Shown: positions 1 through 8,952 of the stretch, piece by piece
Position numbering within the stretch: the first letter of the stretch is position 1
Layout of the letters: every line of letters begins with the position of its first letter
From: Gemmatimonadota bacterium
GTDB taxonomy: Bacteria; Gemmatimonadota; Gemmatimonadetes; Gemmatimonadales; GWC2-71-9
Reading direction: 5' to 3'
NCBI GenBank assembly: GCA_039588935.1
Contig: JBDGYW010000002.1
Location: 2,786-46,714 of the forward strand
Length of the DNA: 43,929 nucleotides
Notes under the pieces: model-generated
The model's input: only the letters and a program-made list of their open reading frames with translations
What the model was told of the DNA's origin: nothing
Database searches by the model: none
Program-made: the position numbers and the translations under genes

Positions 1-1577
1 GCTCCCAGCTGCGGCCCGATGAGGTCAGACCGAATGGGCTCCGTGATCCCGTCACCGGTGAGCAAGTAAGTTCTGTCTGTGGAGTAGACCATGATCCCGG
101 CGGGGTGGCTGCGAATTGCAACCGCCGAATCCTCCAGGGCCAGCTGGTCCACCAACCTCCACTGCTCCGGGGCATTCACATCAGACACCCACATGACGCT
201 GTTGTTCCGCGCATCCACGCCCCAGAGGCGCTGGTTGTGCTCGACGACGTCGGACATTAAGGGCGGCGGACTGGAGTCCAGCAGGGAATCTCCGGCAATG
301 GGGCCGGTGGCTCCGCCGAGGGAGGCGTCGGCAATGTTGTCGGTGTAGGTTGTGGTGACGTTGTCGTCGATCTGGGCCACGAACCGGAAGACCAAGTCCC
401 CGTCCTTGTCTCGGTAGATCCGGCGGGCGATCACCTGGGGGTCTGTGGAAACCCCAACGTCGGTAAGGTCTACCTCCTCGGAGGAAGGAGACACCCCGGC
501 GCTTGCACCTCCAAGATTCGACTCCACACCGTACTCTGTCAGGAACGAGTACCGATACGTGACAGTTGCATTGATCACCCCAGCCCCACCAGTGGCGGCT
601 GCGCAGATGCCGTCACTCAGGTGGTAAAACTTGTCCCAGCGGGTGTGGGTCCACACCTGGGAGGCGTCCTTTCCGTAGAGGTTCAGCTTGACAGCGACGA
701 TGTTGTTGAGGGTTGCGCCAACACCCGTGGTGTCGTCTGGGTTGTTGAGGTCCATGCTCAGCAGATTCCACCCCGGCAGAAGCTCGCCAACACTGTAGTC
801 GTGATGGTCGGCATGGCTAGGAATGACGCTTGTAGCTAGGGTGACGCGAGCAGCGTTTCCCGAGGTTGCCAGCTGCTGAAGCACCCCCGACGGGATGAAG
901 AGATAGATGTAGGCAAAGCCGTCGGAGGCGGTCGTCATGTCAAGGCTAAGTCCGGCGAGGATTGACGAACACTCCGTTCCGGCGATGCCGTCCTTGTCCA
1001 TCCTGATGGAACCGGTGCCGTCCCAGGAAACGTCAGCATCCGTGGATGTCGTACAGTCGGCCCCGTCTACCCAACTGGAGTTGGTGTCGAGGGCAAGCTT
1101 GACAGTCTCCTCCTGTCCAGGTGCGAGCACGCCCCAGTTCGTCACGCGGGTGCCATCGTACTTCAGGCCGCCAGTTTCAATCCCCGTCATGGACGGACTG
1201 GTGAGGTGGAGCCGCTCCAGCATCTTGGCCACCCGAAGCGGGTCACTCCCTGTGTCAGTGGATCCGCTTGTAAGCGCAGTAGTGCCGACGCCGGGATCCA
1301 CGTCCCACAAGTCTCCGCTCTGGGCCGCGATGTACCGGCGTTTCCGAACATAGTCCAGGTCCACGAACTCGAAGTAGTGGAGGGATGTGACGGCGTTGCT
1401 GCCGGCGAAGTCCACCACCACAGATGAGCCCGGGAGCTTCCCCAGCGTCCCGAACTCGTCGAACCAGTCCATGTTCTGGACCGAGCGCGTGGACGTCCCA
1501 AACACCCGCTCCGGTTCGGCGTTGGTGTTCATCCCGCGTGAGATGGGGAGATCGTGGTAGGGGAGGTTCCGCTGCAC
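1..1577 (-). CDS. Large tail structural protein, N-terminal ~525 aa only (nozzle / tail-tubular-B-like by position); C-terminus lies beyond the left edge
   Basis: The minus-strand frame is open from GTG 1577 (GAGG 7 nt upstream; alternative ATG 1532) to base 1. It is absent from the ORF track only because no stop lies in the window. Own translation: MNTNAEPERVFG...TVTYRYSFLTEYGVESNLGG...RRIYRDKDGDLVFRFVAQIDD...RLWGVDARNNSVMWVSD. It directly follows the adaptor-like gene. Confidence 0.6.
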   Translation of the reverse strand, partial: MQRNLPYHDLPISRGMNTNAEPERVFGTSTRSVQNMDWFDEFGTLGKLPGSSVVVDFAGSNAVTSLHYFEFVDLDYVRKRRYIAAQSGDLWDVDPGVGTTALTSGSTDTGSDPLRVAKMLERLHLTSPSMTGIETGGLKYDGTRVTNWGVLAPGQEETVKLALDTNSSWVDGADCTTSTDADVSWDGTGSIRMDKDGIAGTECSSILAGLSLDMTTASDGFAYIYLFIPSGVLQQLATSGNAARVTLATSVIPSHADHHDYSVGELLPGWNLLSMDLNNPDDTTGVGATLNNIVAVKLNLYGKDASQVWTHTRWDKFYHLSDGICAAATGGAGVINATVTYRYSFLTEYGVESNLGGASAGVSPSSEEVDLTDVGVSTDPQVIARRIYRDKDGDLVFRFVAQIDDNVTTTYTDNIADASLGGATGPIAGDSLLDSSPPPLMSDVVEHNQRLWGVDARNNSVMWVSDVNAPEQWRLVDQLALEDSAVAIRSHPAGIMVYSTDRTYLLTGDGITEPIRSDLIGPQLG

Positions 1578-1586
1578 TGTACTGCC

Positions 1587-2285
1587 TCAATCGCCGAAGT
1601 ACATGGGTTCAGTGAACACCCGGGCGTTCGTTCGCTCCTCGATGTACGCGAGCCACCGAGCCTCGATCTCGTTGCGCTCGTCCAGCAGGTTCTCGCCCAG
1701 AGCCGCATTAGCAACCGTGGCACTCTGGGCAGACTCCACCCGTAGAGCACCGATGGCGGTATCATACTTCAGGAGCGTTTCCAGGATGCCAGGGAACTTG
1801 GTGCTTAGCTTGGAGCCGTCGGCGGTCAGGCGGGCGAGGGTTGACTCGTTGTCAATGCGGAGGCCTGCGGTAATGGCCTCGCTAACGGGGGGCTCTAGGA
1901 CGACCAACTCTCCCACGAGCCGGAACGAAGGTAGCGCGTTCCACCCAACGGTGGTGATTGGACTTGAGTCCAGCTTCTGGCTCCACCTCTCCTCGCGTTG
2001 AAGTGGGTACTCAACGTCGTCTTTCACGATTGAAACCCGCTTCACCCGCCCCGCTCCCTCCGGAAGAGAGTACTCCCGCTGGTTAGCCACGATGTTCGCA
2101 GTGTACTCATCGGTGACCCACCCCTCAGAGCTGAGGGCACACTCCATCGTCCGCTTGTCCATCGAGTCGTTGAAGAGGTCAAGCAGGAGGGCGTTTGTCC
2201 AGTAGGGGTCAGTCTCGTCTGTCTCCCGCAGGAGCCTCCGAATGGCGGGCCGAATGTCACTCCACGCCCGTCTCGCTCTCGCCAT
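1587..2285 (-). CDS. Virion protein, head-tail adaptor / tail-tubular-A-like (positional call)
   Basis: 232-aa ORF with ATG 2285 and AAGGAG 6 nt upstream. It lies after the capsid genes and before the large tail protein, the T7 gp11-type position. No motif I can name. Confidence 0.5.
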   Translation of the reverse strand: MARARRAWSDIRPAIRRLLRETDETDPYWTNALLLDLFNDSMDKRTMECALSSEGWVTDEYTANIVANQREYSLPEGAGRVKRVSIVKDDVEYPLQREERWSQKLDSSPITTVGWNALPSFRLVGELVVLEPPVSEAITAGLRIDNESTLARLTADGSKLSTKFPGILETLLKYDTAIGALRVESAQSATVANAALGENLLDERNEIEARWLAYIEERTNARVFTEPMYFGD

Positions 2286-2808
2286 CAGTGTCTCCTTGGT
2301 TTTCCTTCAGTTTTGCGATCAGCTCACGCTGCTCCTTCAGGGCTTCCTTCAGGATGTCAGCACGGGCTTGGTTGTAGTAGTACGCCCAGTGGTCGTACTT
2401 GAAGTCTTCCATCTCCTCGCGTGTGAGTCCGTGCTTCTTGCGGATGTCCACCAGCCGGACATTACCCTGGCGAGCATAATGCTTCATCGCACGGTCGATC
2501 GCCTTAGCCTCTTCCTCCGCCACCTCCAGGTCGGTCGCGTCAACGGCATACACCGCTCCACCAATGTCCTTGAACTCCTCTCGGAACATCGGGCACTCAG
2601 ACTGGCGGAGGACAACGTGGTCGCCAGGGTTGAGTCGGACAAACTCGCGGTCCGGTCCCGGTGCGAAGATCCAATCAAGGACAAACGGGCTCATGTCTTT
2701 CGGTTCGGTCATGTCGAGCCCCGCCCGCTTCAACACCTGGGCGTCGGTCACCTCCGGAAGGGGGTTGGCTCCGCGGTAGTTCTTCTCAGAAAAGCCTCTT
2801 CGGGCCAT
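2257..2808 (-). CDS. Hypothetical virion-module protein (183 aa)
   Basis: ATG 2808 is preceded by GAGGAGA inside the conserved late leader element. It overlaps the next gene by 29 nt. Confidence 0.7.
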   Translation of the reverse strand: MARRGFSEKNYRGANPLPEVTDAQVLKRAGLDMTEPKDMSPFVLDWIFAPGPDREFVRLNPGDHVVLRQSECPMFREEFKDIGGAVYAVDATDLEVAEEEAKAIDRAMKHYARQGNVRLVDIRKKHGLTREEMEDFKYDHWAYYYNQARADILKEALKEQRELIAKLKENQGDTDGESETGVE

Positions 2809-2816
2809 TGCGTTGG

Positions 2817-2860
2817 TCTCCTCAAATCAGGCGCAGTCAAAGGTCGCGCCAGCTCACCTA
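2817..2860 (-). promoter_or_regulatory. Conserved late-gene leader element, copy 1 (AGGTGAGCT - 5-bp GC hairpin - TGATTTGAGGAGA)
   Basis: The plus strand reads tctcctcaaatca-N-gcgc...gcgccagctcacct. It is nearly identical to 6648-6694. The hairpin stem is GGCGC/GCGCC. Confidence 0.5.
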
Positions 2861-3424
2861 CTCTTGCTCAGGCAGCTCCCAGCCACCTTCGCGAGGATCC
2901 ATCTCTACGTCGCCGGGAGAGCCCTTGGAGCCCTGCCCGGAGTAGCCATACGATCGACCGCCCCGCCGGCTCGTCTTGCCACCCAGCACGAGGTCGTCGA
3001 TCCTCCGCGCGTTCGCGGCGATCTTGTCGTTCTGAAGCTCCCGCTTGTTAGCCAAGGCCTTCTCGCGGCGAGCTGTGTCTCGCTCGTGGAAAATCCGCAT
3101 GATGTCCTGGGGCCGGTTGAACCGAGCCACGTCCCGCTCCAGCGCCAAGACTTCTCGGTCAGTGAACCGCGGGAACGCCTTGACGAAGACATGGTGGGAT
3201 GAACACTCGTCTTTGCGCCACAGGTAGAAGGCGGGATCTTCCACCAAGCCGGTGTTGTACTCTCCGGTATAGGGATCCAGGATCCCAGACTGCTCAATCG
3301 GCGTGCAGGTCATGGGGTCCAGCGCATACGGTGAGAATGTCACCCTCAGCTGGGGATCAAGTCTCTTCATCCGTGCGAGGACGGACCTCTCCACGCTGGG
3401 TCCGTCCCAGGTTCTCGGTTCCAT
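2858..3424 (-). CDS. Hypothetical virion-module protein (188 aa)
   Basis: The track ORF starts at GTG 3433, which abuts the SD. ATG 3424 lies ~8 nt after GGGAGGTG and is preferred. The C-terminus is a basic, Gly-rich tail. Confidence 0.7.
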   Translation of the reverse strand: MEPRTWDGPSVERSVLARMKRLDPQLRVTFSPYALDPMTCTPIEQSGILDPYTGEYNTGLVEDPAFYLWRKDECSSHHVFVKAFPRFTDREVLALERDVARFNRPQDIMRIFHERDTARREKALANKRELQNDKIAANARRIDDLVLGGKTSRRGGRSYGYSGQGSKGSPGDVEMDPREGGWELPEQE

Positions 3425-3445
3425 CAGATACACCTCCCAGGTGAT

Positions 3446-3488
3446 GCACCTCCCAAAAGTGCTGCCCGGAGTCCCAGCTGGGAGGTGC
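3446..3488 (-). promoter_or_regulatory. 10-bp hairpin built from an SD copy and an anti-SD (GCACCTCCCA / TGGGAGGTGC)
   Basis: Perfect inverted repeat 3446-3455 / 3479-3488. A third copy (cacctcccag, 3431-3440) is the complement of the real SD of the 3424 start. Confidence 0.5.
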
Positions 3489-3513
3489 GAGGAGGCGGAC
3501 TGGAACTCCGGGC

Positions 3514-3529
3514 CCCAGGTTGCCCTGGG
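3514..3529 (-). other. 6-bp hairpin with a GCAA (GNRA) loop just after the 3539 stop
   Basis: The plus strand reads cccagg-ttgc-cctggg and the sense strand CCCAGG-GCAA-CCTGGG. No U tract follows. Confidence 0.4.
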
Positions 3530-3538
3530 AAGCTTGAA

Positions 3539-3868
3539 CTACGCCTTGGTTCCGATCAGCGTCACCTCGACAACATCAATGTTGTCCTCGGCTTCAATAC
3601 CAAGGTCACCACTGTTGGTGCCTTCGGCCACGCTTGTCCCCTGAGCGTTCTTCTGGAAAAGAATTCCACCAGCCGGGGTTGTCACACCAATTACCGCGTG
3701 CCCGACGACGGCGTGGATGTACGAGAGGCCCAAGGTTGCGGCTGCAATCCACTCTACATCGGAAGCGGCCCCGAGCGCGGAAGTGCGCACGGTGACTTGG
3801 TGCTTGTCGCTGTTCGGCCCGCGGAGGCGAGAATGCCTCACCACGACCGTAGCTGCTACGGCTGCCAT
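3539..3868 (-). CDS. Small virion protein (109 aa), possible capsid decoration/cement protein (positional guess)
   Basis: ATG 3868 with AAGGAG 8 nt upstream. The protein is Ala/Val/Gly-rich and lies two genes after the capsid gene. Confidence 0.6.
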   Translation of the reverse strand: MAAVAATVVVRHSRLRGPNSDKHQVTVRTSALGAASDVEWIAAATLGLSYIHAVVGHAVIGVTTPAGGILFQKNAQGTSVAEGTNSGDLGIEAEDNIDVVEVTLIGTKA

Positions 3869-3894
3869 AATGATTTCTCCTTAGCAGTTGTTTC

Positions 3895-4185
3895 TCAGAC
3901 CGTCCCGACCACCATGACCAGAACGTCGTGTGTGCCCGCTGAAGTGATGATGAAGAATCTCCCCAGATCATCTTCGGTGGACGAGAGTGTCGCGGAGTTG
4001 GGGCAGATCGTCAGAGCCACCTCTTCCTCCTGCGGCGTGCCTGTCACAAAGATCAGGCGGCTGAATCCGTGAGGACGCATGTCCACGCTGGATCCCGCAT
4101 TGGTAACTTCGTCGATGTGGAAGAAGCCAACGCGGTAGTGACCAATCGTAGTCAGCATGTCACGGCGAGTAGCTGTGAAAGCCAT
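3895..4185 (-). CDS. Hypothetical protein (96 aa)
   Basis: ATG 4185 with GGAG 6-7 nt upstream. It is the first gene after the capsid gene. Confidence 0.6.
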   Translation of the reverse strand: MAFTATRRDMLTTIGHYRVGFFHIDEVTNAGSSVDMRPHGFSRLIFVTGTPQEEEVALTICPNSATLSSTEDDLGRFFIITSAGTHDVLVMVVGTV

Positions 4186-4207
4186 GATTTACTCCAGTTG
4201 GAGAGGA

Positions 4208-4227
4208 GGGGGAGGCGAACCTCCCCC
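4208..4227 (-). terminator. Post-capsid-gene hairpin (8-bp G/C stem, UUCG loop on the sense strand); attenuator or RNA-stabiliser candidate
   Basis: The plus strand reads gggggagg-cgaa-cctccccc, 13 nt after the capsid stop (4240). No U run follows, so it is not a classical intrinsic terminator. Confidence 0.4.
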
Positions 4228-4239
4228 AACTCAGGTTGA

Positions 4240-5484
4240 CTAGCGAGTGGCCTCGGTCAGCGACGAGAACGTCATGAATGCGTTCGGCCGCTTGTTCGCG
4301 AAGGCACAGTACTCCTTGACGAACACGAGACCCTGGTCGAGGGTGGATACCCACTTCAGGGCCGAGCCGTTGTACTCCGTGTCGATGTGGAGCTTCCCGT
4401 TGGGCGTGTAGAGCGACTGGTTGTACTGCCAGGGCCCCAGGTATGCCGTTCCGGGCGGACACAGATACGTGGTCATGAAGTTGGTGTTGCCGAACTTCAC
4501 CTCGGAATCGTTACCCAGGTCGAAGCTCTCGTTGCCTGAGTAGCGAATGCGCGGGATGGCCAGCTTGAACAAGACGTCGGCCTGCATCGGGTGACACAGG
4601 ACGGCCATCTTTTGGCTGATGCCCGCGAGGCGAATGCCGGTCTGTTGGGTCAGCTGCGTTCGGCCGCGCAGGAGCACGTCCTCATCAAAGAACCCAGAGA
4701 CGGAGATGGCGTTGCCCTTCCAGTTCGGATACGTGGTCCGGGGGATGCCGAGGTACTCTGTACTGGTAGACAGAGAGGTCGGAAGACCAATCGGCTCCAG
4801 GACGGTCGTGTTCCCGGTGGCATCGTACATGCCGGCCATGTGAATGGTTCCACCGATGGTGATGGCCGCGGTGACAGACGTCGCCGCTTCGAGAGTCACG
4901 GTCTTGTTGACCCAGTCGATGAAGCCAAGCTCCTTGTCGGTCTCGACGAGACTGGTGTCGTCGTCGTCGATGAAGTCCACGACCATGCCACTACGCAGGT
5001 AGCCCACGTCGTCGCAGGAAATGACCTGTCCGGCACTGCCGTCGCCAGCCTCCGTCAGGGTGGCGAGGACGCCGGTCCCTGTTCGGAAGAGACAGCCTTC
5101 CTTGTACGCACTCATTGCCTCGATGGTCTGTTGGACGTTCTCATCGAACGCCTTCGCAAAGGCCATCGCACTCCCGCTGGACACTGCCATTGAGAGGCCG
5201 GTCAGCTGGACCACGCCAGCGTGAACGGTGGGCTGAACCACTGCCTGGCGGACGGTAGACTGTCGGCCAGCCGGTAGCGCGTCCGTCTCGGCCATGTACT
5301 TGTGGCCTTCGGCAGATGACGTTCGGACGGGAAAGTAGAAGCCGGACCCACCCAGCTGGGCGGAACCTTCCCTGGCGCACTCCGCAAGAATCGGGTACGT
5401 CAGATTGACGAGCTGCTCGATCTCCCAGTTGGCGTACAGCCGCTTCAGGAGTTCGTCGAGCGAGGATTTGGTGATTGTAGCCAT
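4240..5484 (-). CDS. Major capsid protein (HK97-fold type)
   Basis: 414 aa with ATG 5484 and AAGGAG upstream. It directly follows the scaffold gene. Size, position and sequence character (MATITKSSLDELLKRLYANWE...) are typical. Confidence 0.8.
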   Translation of the reverse strand: MATITKSSLDELLKRLYANWEIEQLVNLTYPILAECAREGSAQLGGSGFYFPVRTSSAEGHKYMAETDALPAGRQSTVRQAVVQPTVHAGVVQLTGLSMAVSSGSAMAFAKAFDENVQQTIEAMSAYKEGCLFRTGTGVLATLTEAGDGSAGQVISCDDVGYLRSGMVVDFIDDDDTSLVETDKELGFIDWVNKTVTLEAATSVTAAITIGGTIHMAGMYDATGNTTVLEPIGLPTSLSTSTEYLGIPRTTYPNWKGNAISVSGFFDEDVLLRGRTQLTQQTGIRLAGISQKMAVLCHPMQADVLFKLAIPRIRYSGNESFDLGNDSEVKFGNTNFMTTYLCPPGTAYLGPWQYNQSLYTPNGKLHIDTEYNGSALKWVSTLDQGLVFVKEYCAFANKRPNAFMTFSSLTEATR

Positions 5485-5490
5485 GATGGC

Positions 5491-5584
5491 GACACTCCTT
5501 GCTGGGACACGCTGCCACCTGAGACATTCTCAAGGCGCACGTATCCTGCCAGCCCTCCGCGGTTCGCTGACGCAAGGGAGTGTC
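5491..5584 (-). promoter_or_regulatory. Long-range inverted repeat able to pair the capsid-gene SD with an upstream anti-SD
   Basis: gacactccttgc (5491-5502, the complement of the SD region GCAAGGAGTGTC) pairs with gcaagggagtgtc (5572-5584). They lie ~70 nt apart in the scaffold-capsid spacer. Confidence 0.4.
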
Positions 5585-5611
5585 CGCTGTATTCTTGGTC
5601 GAGGAAGCTGC

Positions 5612-6640
5612 CTAGGCAGTCTCGTCAAAGGCGGCCAACCGTTTGTTGTGGTTGGCTGTCCACTCGTCGAGACTCTTCGGCTCCGGGGGCCCTTCCTCGT
5701 TTGCCCCCTTCTTGCCCGTGGGAGATCCAGTGGCGGCTTTACCGGACCTACCTGTACTGGGCTTGTCCGTCTTGCCGCCTCCGCTGTCCGGATCTTCATC
5801 CTTGGGCTTGGGTTTGGCCGCCAACATGTCGGCCTTGTCGAGACCCTTGTCCGCGACATACGCGCGAGACATGCTAACCACGTCCGCTACCGTGAGCCCT
5901 TCGAGTTTTTCCGAGGTGCCCACAATGTGGTCGGCGAGGATCTTGATGAATGCAGGCTTGAGCCCAGTGAGAGCTGACTCCACGGTGGTTCGCGCCTGGT
6001 TCTCGATGATTCGTTGCAGCGTGGCACTGTTCTCCACCACGCCAGTCTTCTCAGTAGTGTCGGGGATTTCCTTGGCCATCGGCGGGCCTCCTCGTAGCGA
6101 TGAATCGGCCCCACCCGCCGACTCCATGTCGGCTTGGACCTTCTTGATCAGAGGCTGTAGCTCAGCATCGGTCTTCGCTAGCTTCTCCAGCGACTCCATG
6201 AACTTCGCATCCCAGACAGCCAGGGCGGGGTTCTGCGCATAGGCAGCCCGGAATGTGGCCAAGGTATTCTTGGCTTCATCCCGCGCAGCCTCGGCGATGA
6301 CCAAGGCAGCCTTGGAACCCTTGGCCTCCTCAACCGCAATCTCGCGCTGGCTGATCACCTTGCCCAGGCGCTTCTCGAAGGTCTCCACCTTCATGAGCTT
6401 GACGCCCTTCTCGCCCTCGACTATCTCCTCCGCAGAGACGCCGCCTTCTGGAGTGAAGATGTCTGCTGCTGCTTCCTCCGCATCTGAGCTGTCGGCGAAC
6501 AGAGGATGAACACCTCCTTCCACCACTCCAGTGTCCTCTCCGCCTCCTCCTTCAGCATCTTTTCCCACATCTGTGGAATCGTCTTGTCCAGGTCGCTCAT
6601 CCGCCACAGCCTCCGTTTTCTTGGCCCACGGGTTCTCCAT
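5612..6640 (-). CDS. Scaffolding protein
   Basis: 342 aa with an acidic N-terminus and an Ala/Glu/Lys-rich helical body. It sits between the portal and capsid genes, the canonical scaffold position. Confidence 0.65.
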   Translation of the reverse strand: MENPWAKKTEAVADERPGQDDSTDVGKDAEGGGGEDTGVVEGGVHPLFADSSDAEEAAADIFTPEGGVSAEEIVEGEKGVKLMKVETFEKRLGKVISQREIAVEEAKGSKAALVIAEAARDEAKNTLATFRAAYAQNPALAVWDAKFMESLEKLAKTDAELQPLIKKVQADMESAGGADSSLRGGPPMAKEIPDTTEKTGVVENSATLQRIIENQARTTVESALTGLKPAFIKILADHIVGTSEKLEGLTVADVVSMSRAYVADKGLDKADMLAAKPKPKDEDPDSGGGKTDKPSTGRSGKAATGSPTGKKGANEEGPPEPKSLDEWTANHNKRLAAFDETA

Positions 6641-6647
6641 GGTTCGT

Positions 6648-6694
6648 TCTCCTCAAATCATGCGCGTGCTTAGGTAGGTGGCGCAAGCTCACCT
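6648..6694 (-). promoter_or_regulatory. Conserved late-gene leader element, copy 2
   Basis: The plus strand reads tctcctcaaatca-t-gcgc...gcgcaagctcacct. The hairpin stem is TGCGC/GCGCA, which differs from copy 1 by a compensatory change in the outer base pair. Confidence 0.5.
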
Positions 6695-6756
6695 TAGTTT
6701 GGATCTCCAGTAGGGCGTTAGCCAGTTACATCTTGCGAACCCCTGGAGCATAAGCG

Positions 6757-8952
6757 TTAGCCAGCCTTCACGCCGGCATCCGCCATCGCCATCTGGGCAT
6801 CCATCGCAGCCTGCTGTTCCGCAGCAACAATGGCAGCATAGTAGTCGTAAGCGGACATGAGGACAGCCTTGACTTCCTCATCGTGCTCCTCGAACTTCGG
6901 CACCAGGCACGCCCGCTGGAACACGGGGGCCATCGCAGAGGCAATGTCGATGTTGTCCATCGGGCGGAACGCTTCGAGGTCGCCTGCGGTGATTCGAGCT
7001 ACCATTCTCCGAGCCCGGCGCACCGCAGCGTTCTCCTCGTTCTTCATGAACTTGTCGATCCCGGTGGACTTCCGCACCGCACTCCGCTCCTCCGGCGAGA
7101 GGAACTGAAGGCCGGCGGCGTACTGAAGGTACTCCATCACCCGAGCCTCCCGGGCCTCTGGAGTGTGCATCAGCTCACTGGAGATGTCAATGGTGACGGC
7201 GTGGTGGTCGCGCAGGGAAGCGCCGGTGAAGTGTTGGATGGAGAGTGAGTCGTGGTCCCGCAGCGCGCGCTGGAGGCGGGCTGTGAGAGCAGGATCCTCC
7301 TTGATGAGGTTGATCTGAAACTCGATGAGGATGTTCTGGCAAATCGTCTCCAGAAACTTCTCCAGGTTCCGGAACAGCGGACTCTTGGACCGCAGCTTCT
7401 CCTGGCGGAAGAAGTCCAGCATGACGCCGGCCCTGGCGGCGCTGGGGCCAACCTGACCAGTATCCACAGCCCCACTGGCCGCAAGGTTTTCGATTGATTG
7501 CACCAACTGGGCCCGCTCCGCCAGAAGCTCCGGCGAGAGGGGCACGTTCTGAATCTTCTCCGGCTTGTTCCCACCGGGCGTGTCAAGGTAGGTAAACTGC
7601 TCGCCGTGGAGTGCGGAGAACTTCCCCTCCGCAATCTTCGAGTGCCGCGGAATCATCCACTGCCCAATGGAAATGTACTGGCGGTTCGCGTGGACCTGGG
7701 CGTCGATTGCATTGATCTTCTTCTGCAACGGCACGCAGAAGCTGAGTAGCGGCACGCCCCAGAACTTCCCAGGCAGCTTGAACCAGGGGAAGAACGCATA
7801 GGGATGCCAGCGCCATGCGTACTTCCTGTGCCAAGCCCGCGCATCGCCTGCATAGATCAGCTTGCCGCCAGCGAAGATGAGCGTGCGCCCGCGCGGGTAT
7901 TGAAGCGAGGGGCGAACATCCATCACAGAGAACAGCGTCTGATTCGGGGCCTGGCCGCCTGGGAGGTGGCGCGTGCCTGGCGTGAACCCGCCAGTCTGGA
8001 AGAAGTACTGGGGGGTTTCCAGGATGTCCTGGAAACGACTCCACCAATAGAGGATGTGGTGGGTGACGTTCTGCTGCTTGAGTCCGTCGAGGTTCTCTGG
8101 GAAGAACCCTGGCTCGTCCCGCCCAAACTCCTCTTTGATGAAATCAATGTCCTCGTAGTTGGACCGGATGATCCACGTCATGTCCTCCGGACACGTGGCT
8201 GCCGGGTCAACATCTATGTGGTAGTGGTTCCAGATCCGGCACAGGATGTCGCGCTTCACATCCACGTCCACCTTACCGGGAATGTACTCCTCCACCTCCA
8301 GGAACTCTTCGTCGGGCGGGTCTGTTCCCTCTTCGTAGAGTGGGTTCTTCCTCTTGACGTTGCCCAGTCGCGGCACCTCTACCGGCAGTCCTGTCTTCCC
8401 ATACTCAACCTCAGCAACCGCATGGCCAGTGATGATCGCGTCCAACACCGACTCCTGGAGCTTCATCGGCATGTTGAGGGGTTTCTCAAACGTAAGCTTG
8501 ACCAGCGCCTCGCCAATCTCTGAAGCGTCCTCATCCTCCACGCTGTCGCTGTTCGGCTCCACCCGTGGCATCGGCTGTTGTTCCGTGAGCAGTCCCACAA
8601 CAGTTTCCGTCGGCCGGATCAGCTGATTGTCAGCCACCTTGGCAACGATGGTGTCGAACGGAGATGCGTCGTGCGCGCCGAACGTGTGGGCACCCAAGCC
8701 TTGCTCTGCTGCGAAGAAGTAACGCGTGAGGTGGTTGCCCAGGAGGAAACTCGCGTTCTCAAAGTGTTGGAGGCCGCGAACCCACTTGGCACGGTTGGTG
8801 TCATTCATCCAGCCCATCACCACCGTCTGGAGACCTCTCCGGCCTTCGTCGGTCGTGTGATCCAAGCGTTGAACAGCACCTATGCCGTCGAGTGCAAACG
8901 CATTACCCTCAGCGTCTACGCCGCGGCCAAGGTCATCTGTCTGGGCTGTCAT
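6757..8952 (-). CDS. Portal protein
   Basis: 731 aa with ATG 8952 and GGAG 8 nt upstream. It lies between the terL region and the scaffold gene, and size and order are typical. Confidence 0.8.
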   Translation of the reverse strand: MTAQTDDLGRGVDAEGNAFALDGIGAVQRLDHTTDEGRRGLQTVVMGWMNDTNRAKWVRGLQHFENASFLLGNHLTRYFFAAEQGLGAHTFGAHDASPFDTIVAKVADNQLIRPTETVVGLLTEQQPMPRVEPNSDSVEDEDASEIGEALVKLTFEKPLNMPMKLQESVLDAIITGHAVAEVEYGKTGLPVEVPRLGNVKRKNPLYEEGTDPPDEEFLEVEEYIPGKVDVDVKRDILCRIWNHYHIDVDPAATCPEDMTWIIRSNYEDIDFIKEEFGRDEPGFFPENLDGLKQQNVTHHILYWWSRFQDILETPQYFFQTGGFTPGTRHLPGGQAPNQTLFSVMDVRPSLQYPRGRTLIFAGGKLIYAGDARAWHRKYAWRWHPYAFFPWFKLPGKFWGVPLLSFCVPLQKKINAIDAQVHANRQYISIGQWMIPRHSKIAEGKFSALHGEQFTYLDTPGGNKPEKIQNVPLSPELLAERAQLVQSIENLAASGAVDTGQVGPSAARAGVMLDFFRQEKLRSKSPLFRNLEKFLETICQNILIEFQINLIKEDPALTARLQRALRDHDSLSIQHFTGASLRDHHAVTIDISSELMHTPEAREARVMEYLQYAAGLQFLSPEERSAVRKSTGIDKFMKNEENAAVRRARRMVARITAGDLEAFRPMDNIDIASAMAPVFQRACLVPKFEEHDEEVKAVLMSAYDYYAAIVAAEQQAAMDAQMAMADAGVKAG

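Noticed and set aside
2242-3051. Long shadow ORFs opposite annotated genes: 2242..3051+, 7804..8523+, 10098..10781+, 12133..12840-, 12176..12919+, 15184..15909+, 27699..28376-, 28928..29653-, 30574..31428-, 32854..33570-, 40897..41580+ and 41187..41858+
   Set aside because: Each lies antisense or out of frame to a gene with recognisable motifs or a good SD. They are Arg/Pro/Ser/Ala-rich and Lys-poor, as expected for non-coding frames in GC-rich DNA. They lack SDs and would break the operon logic.
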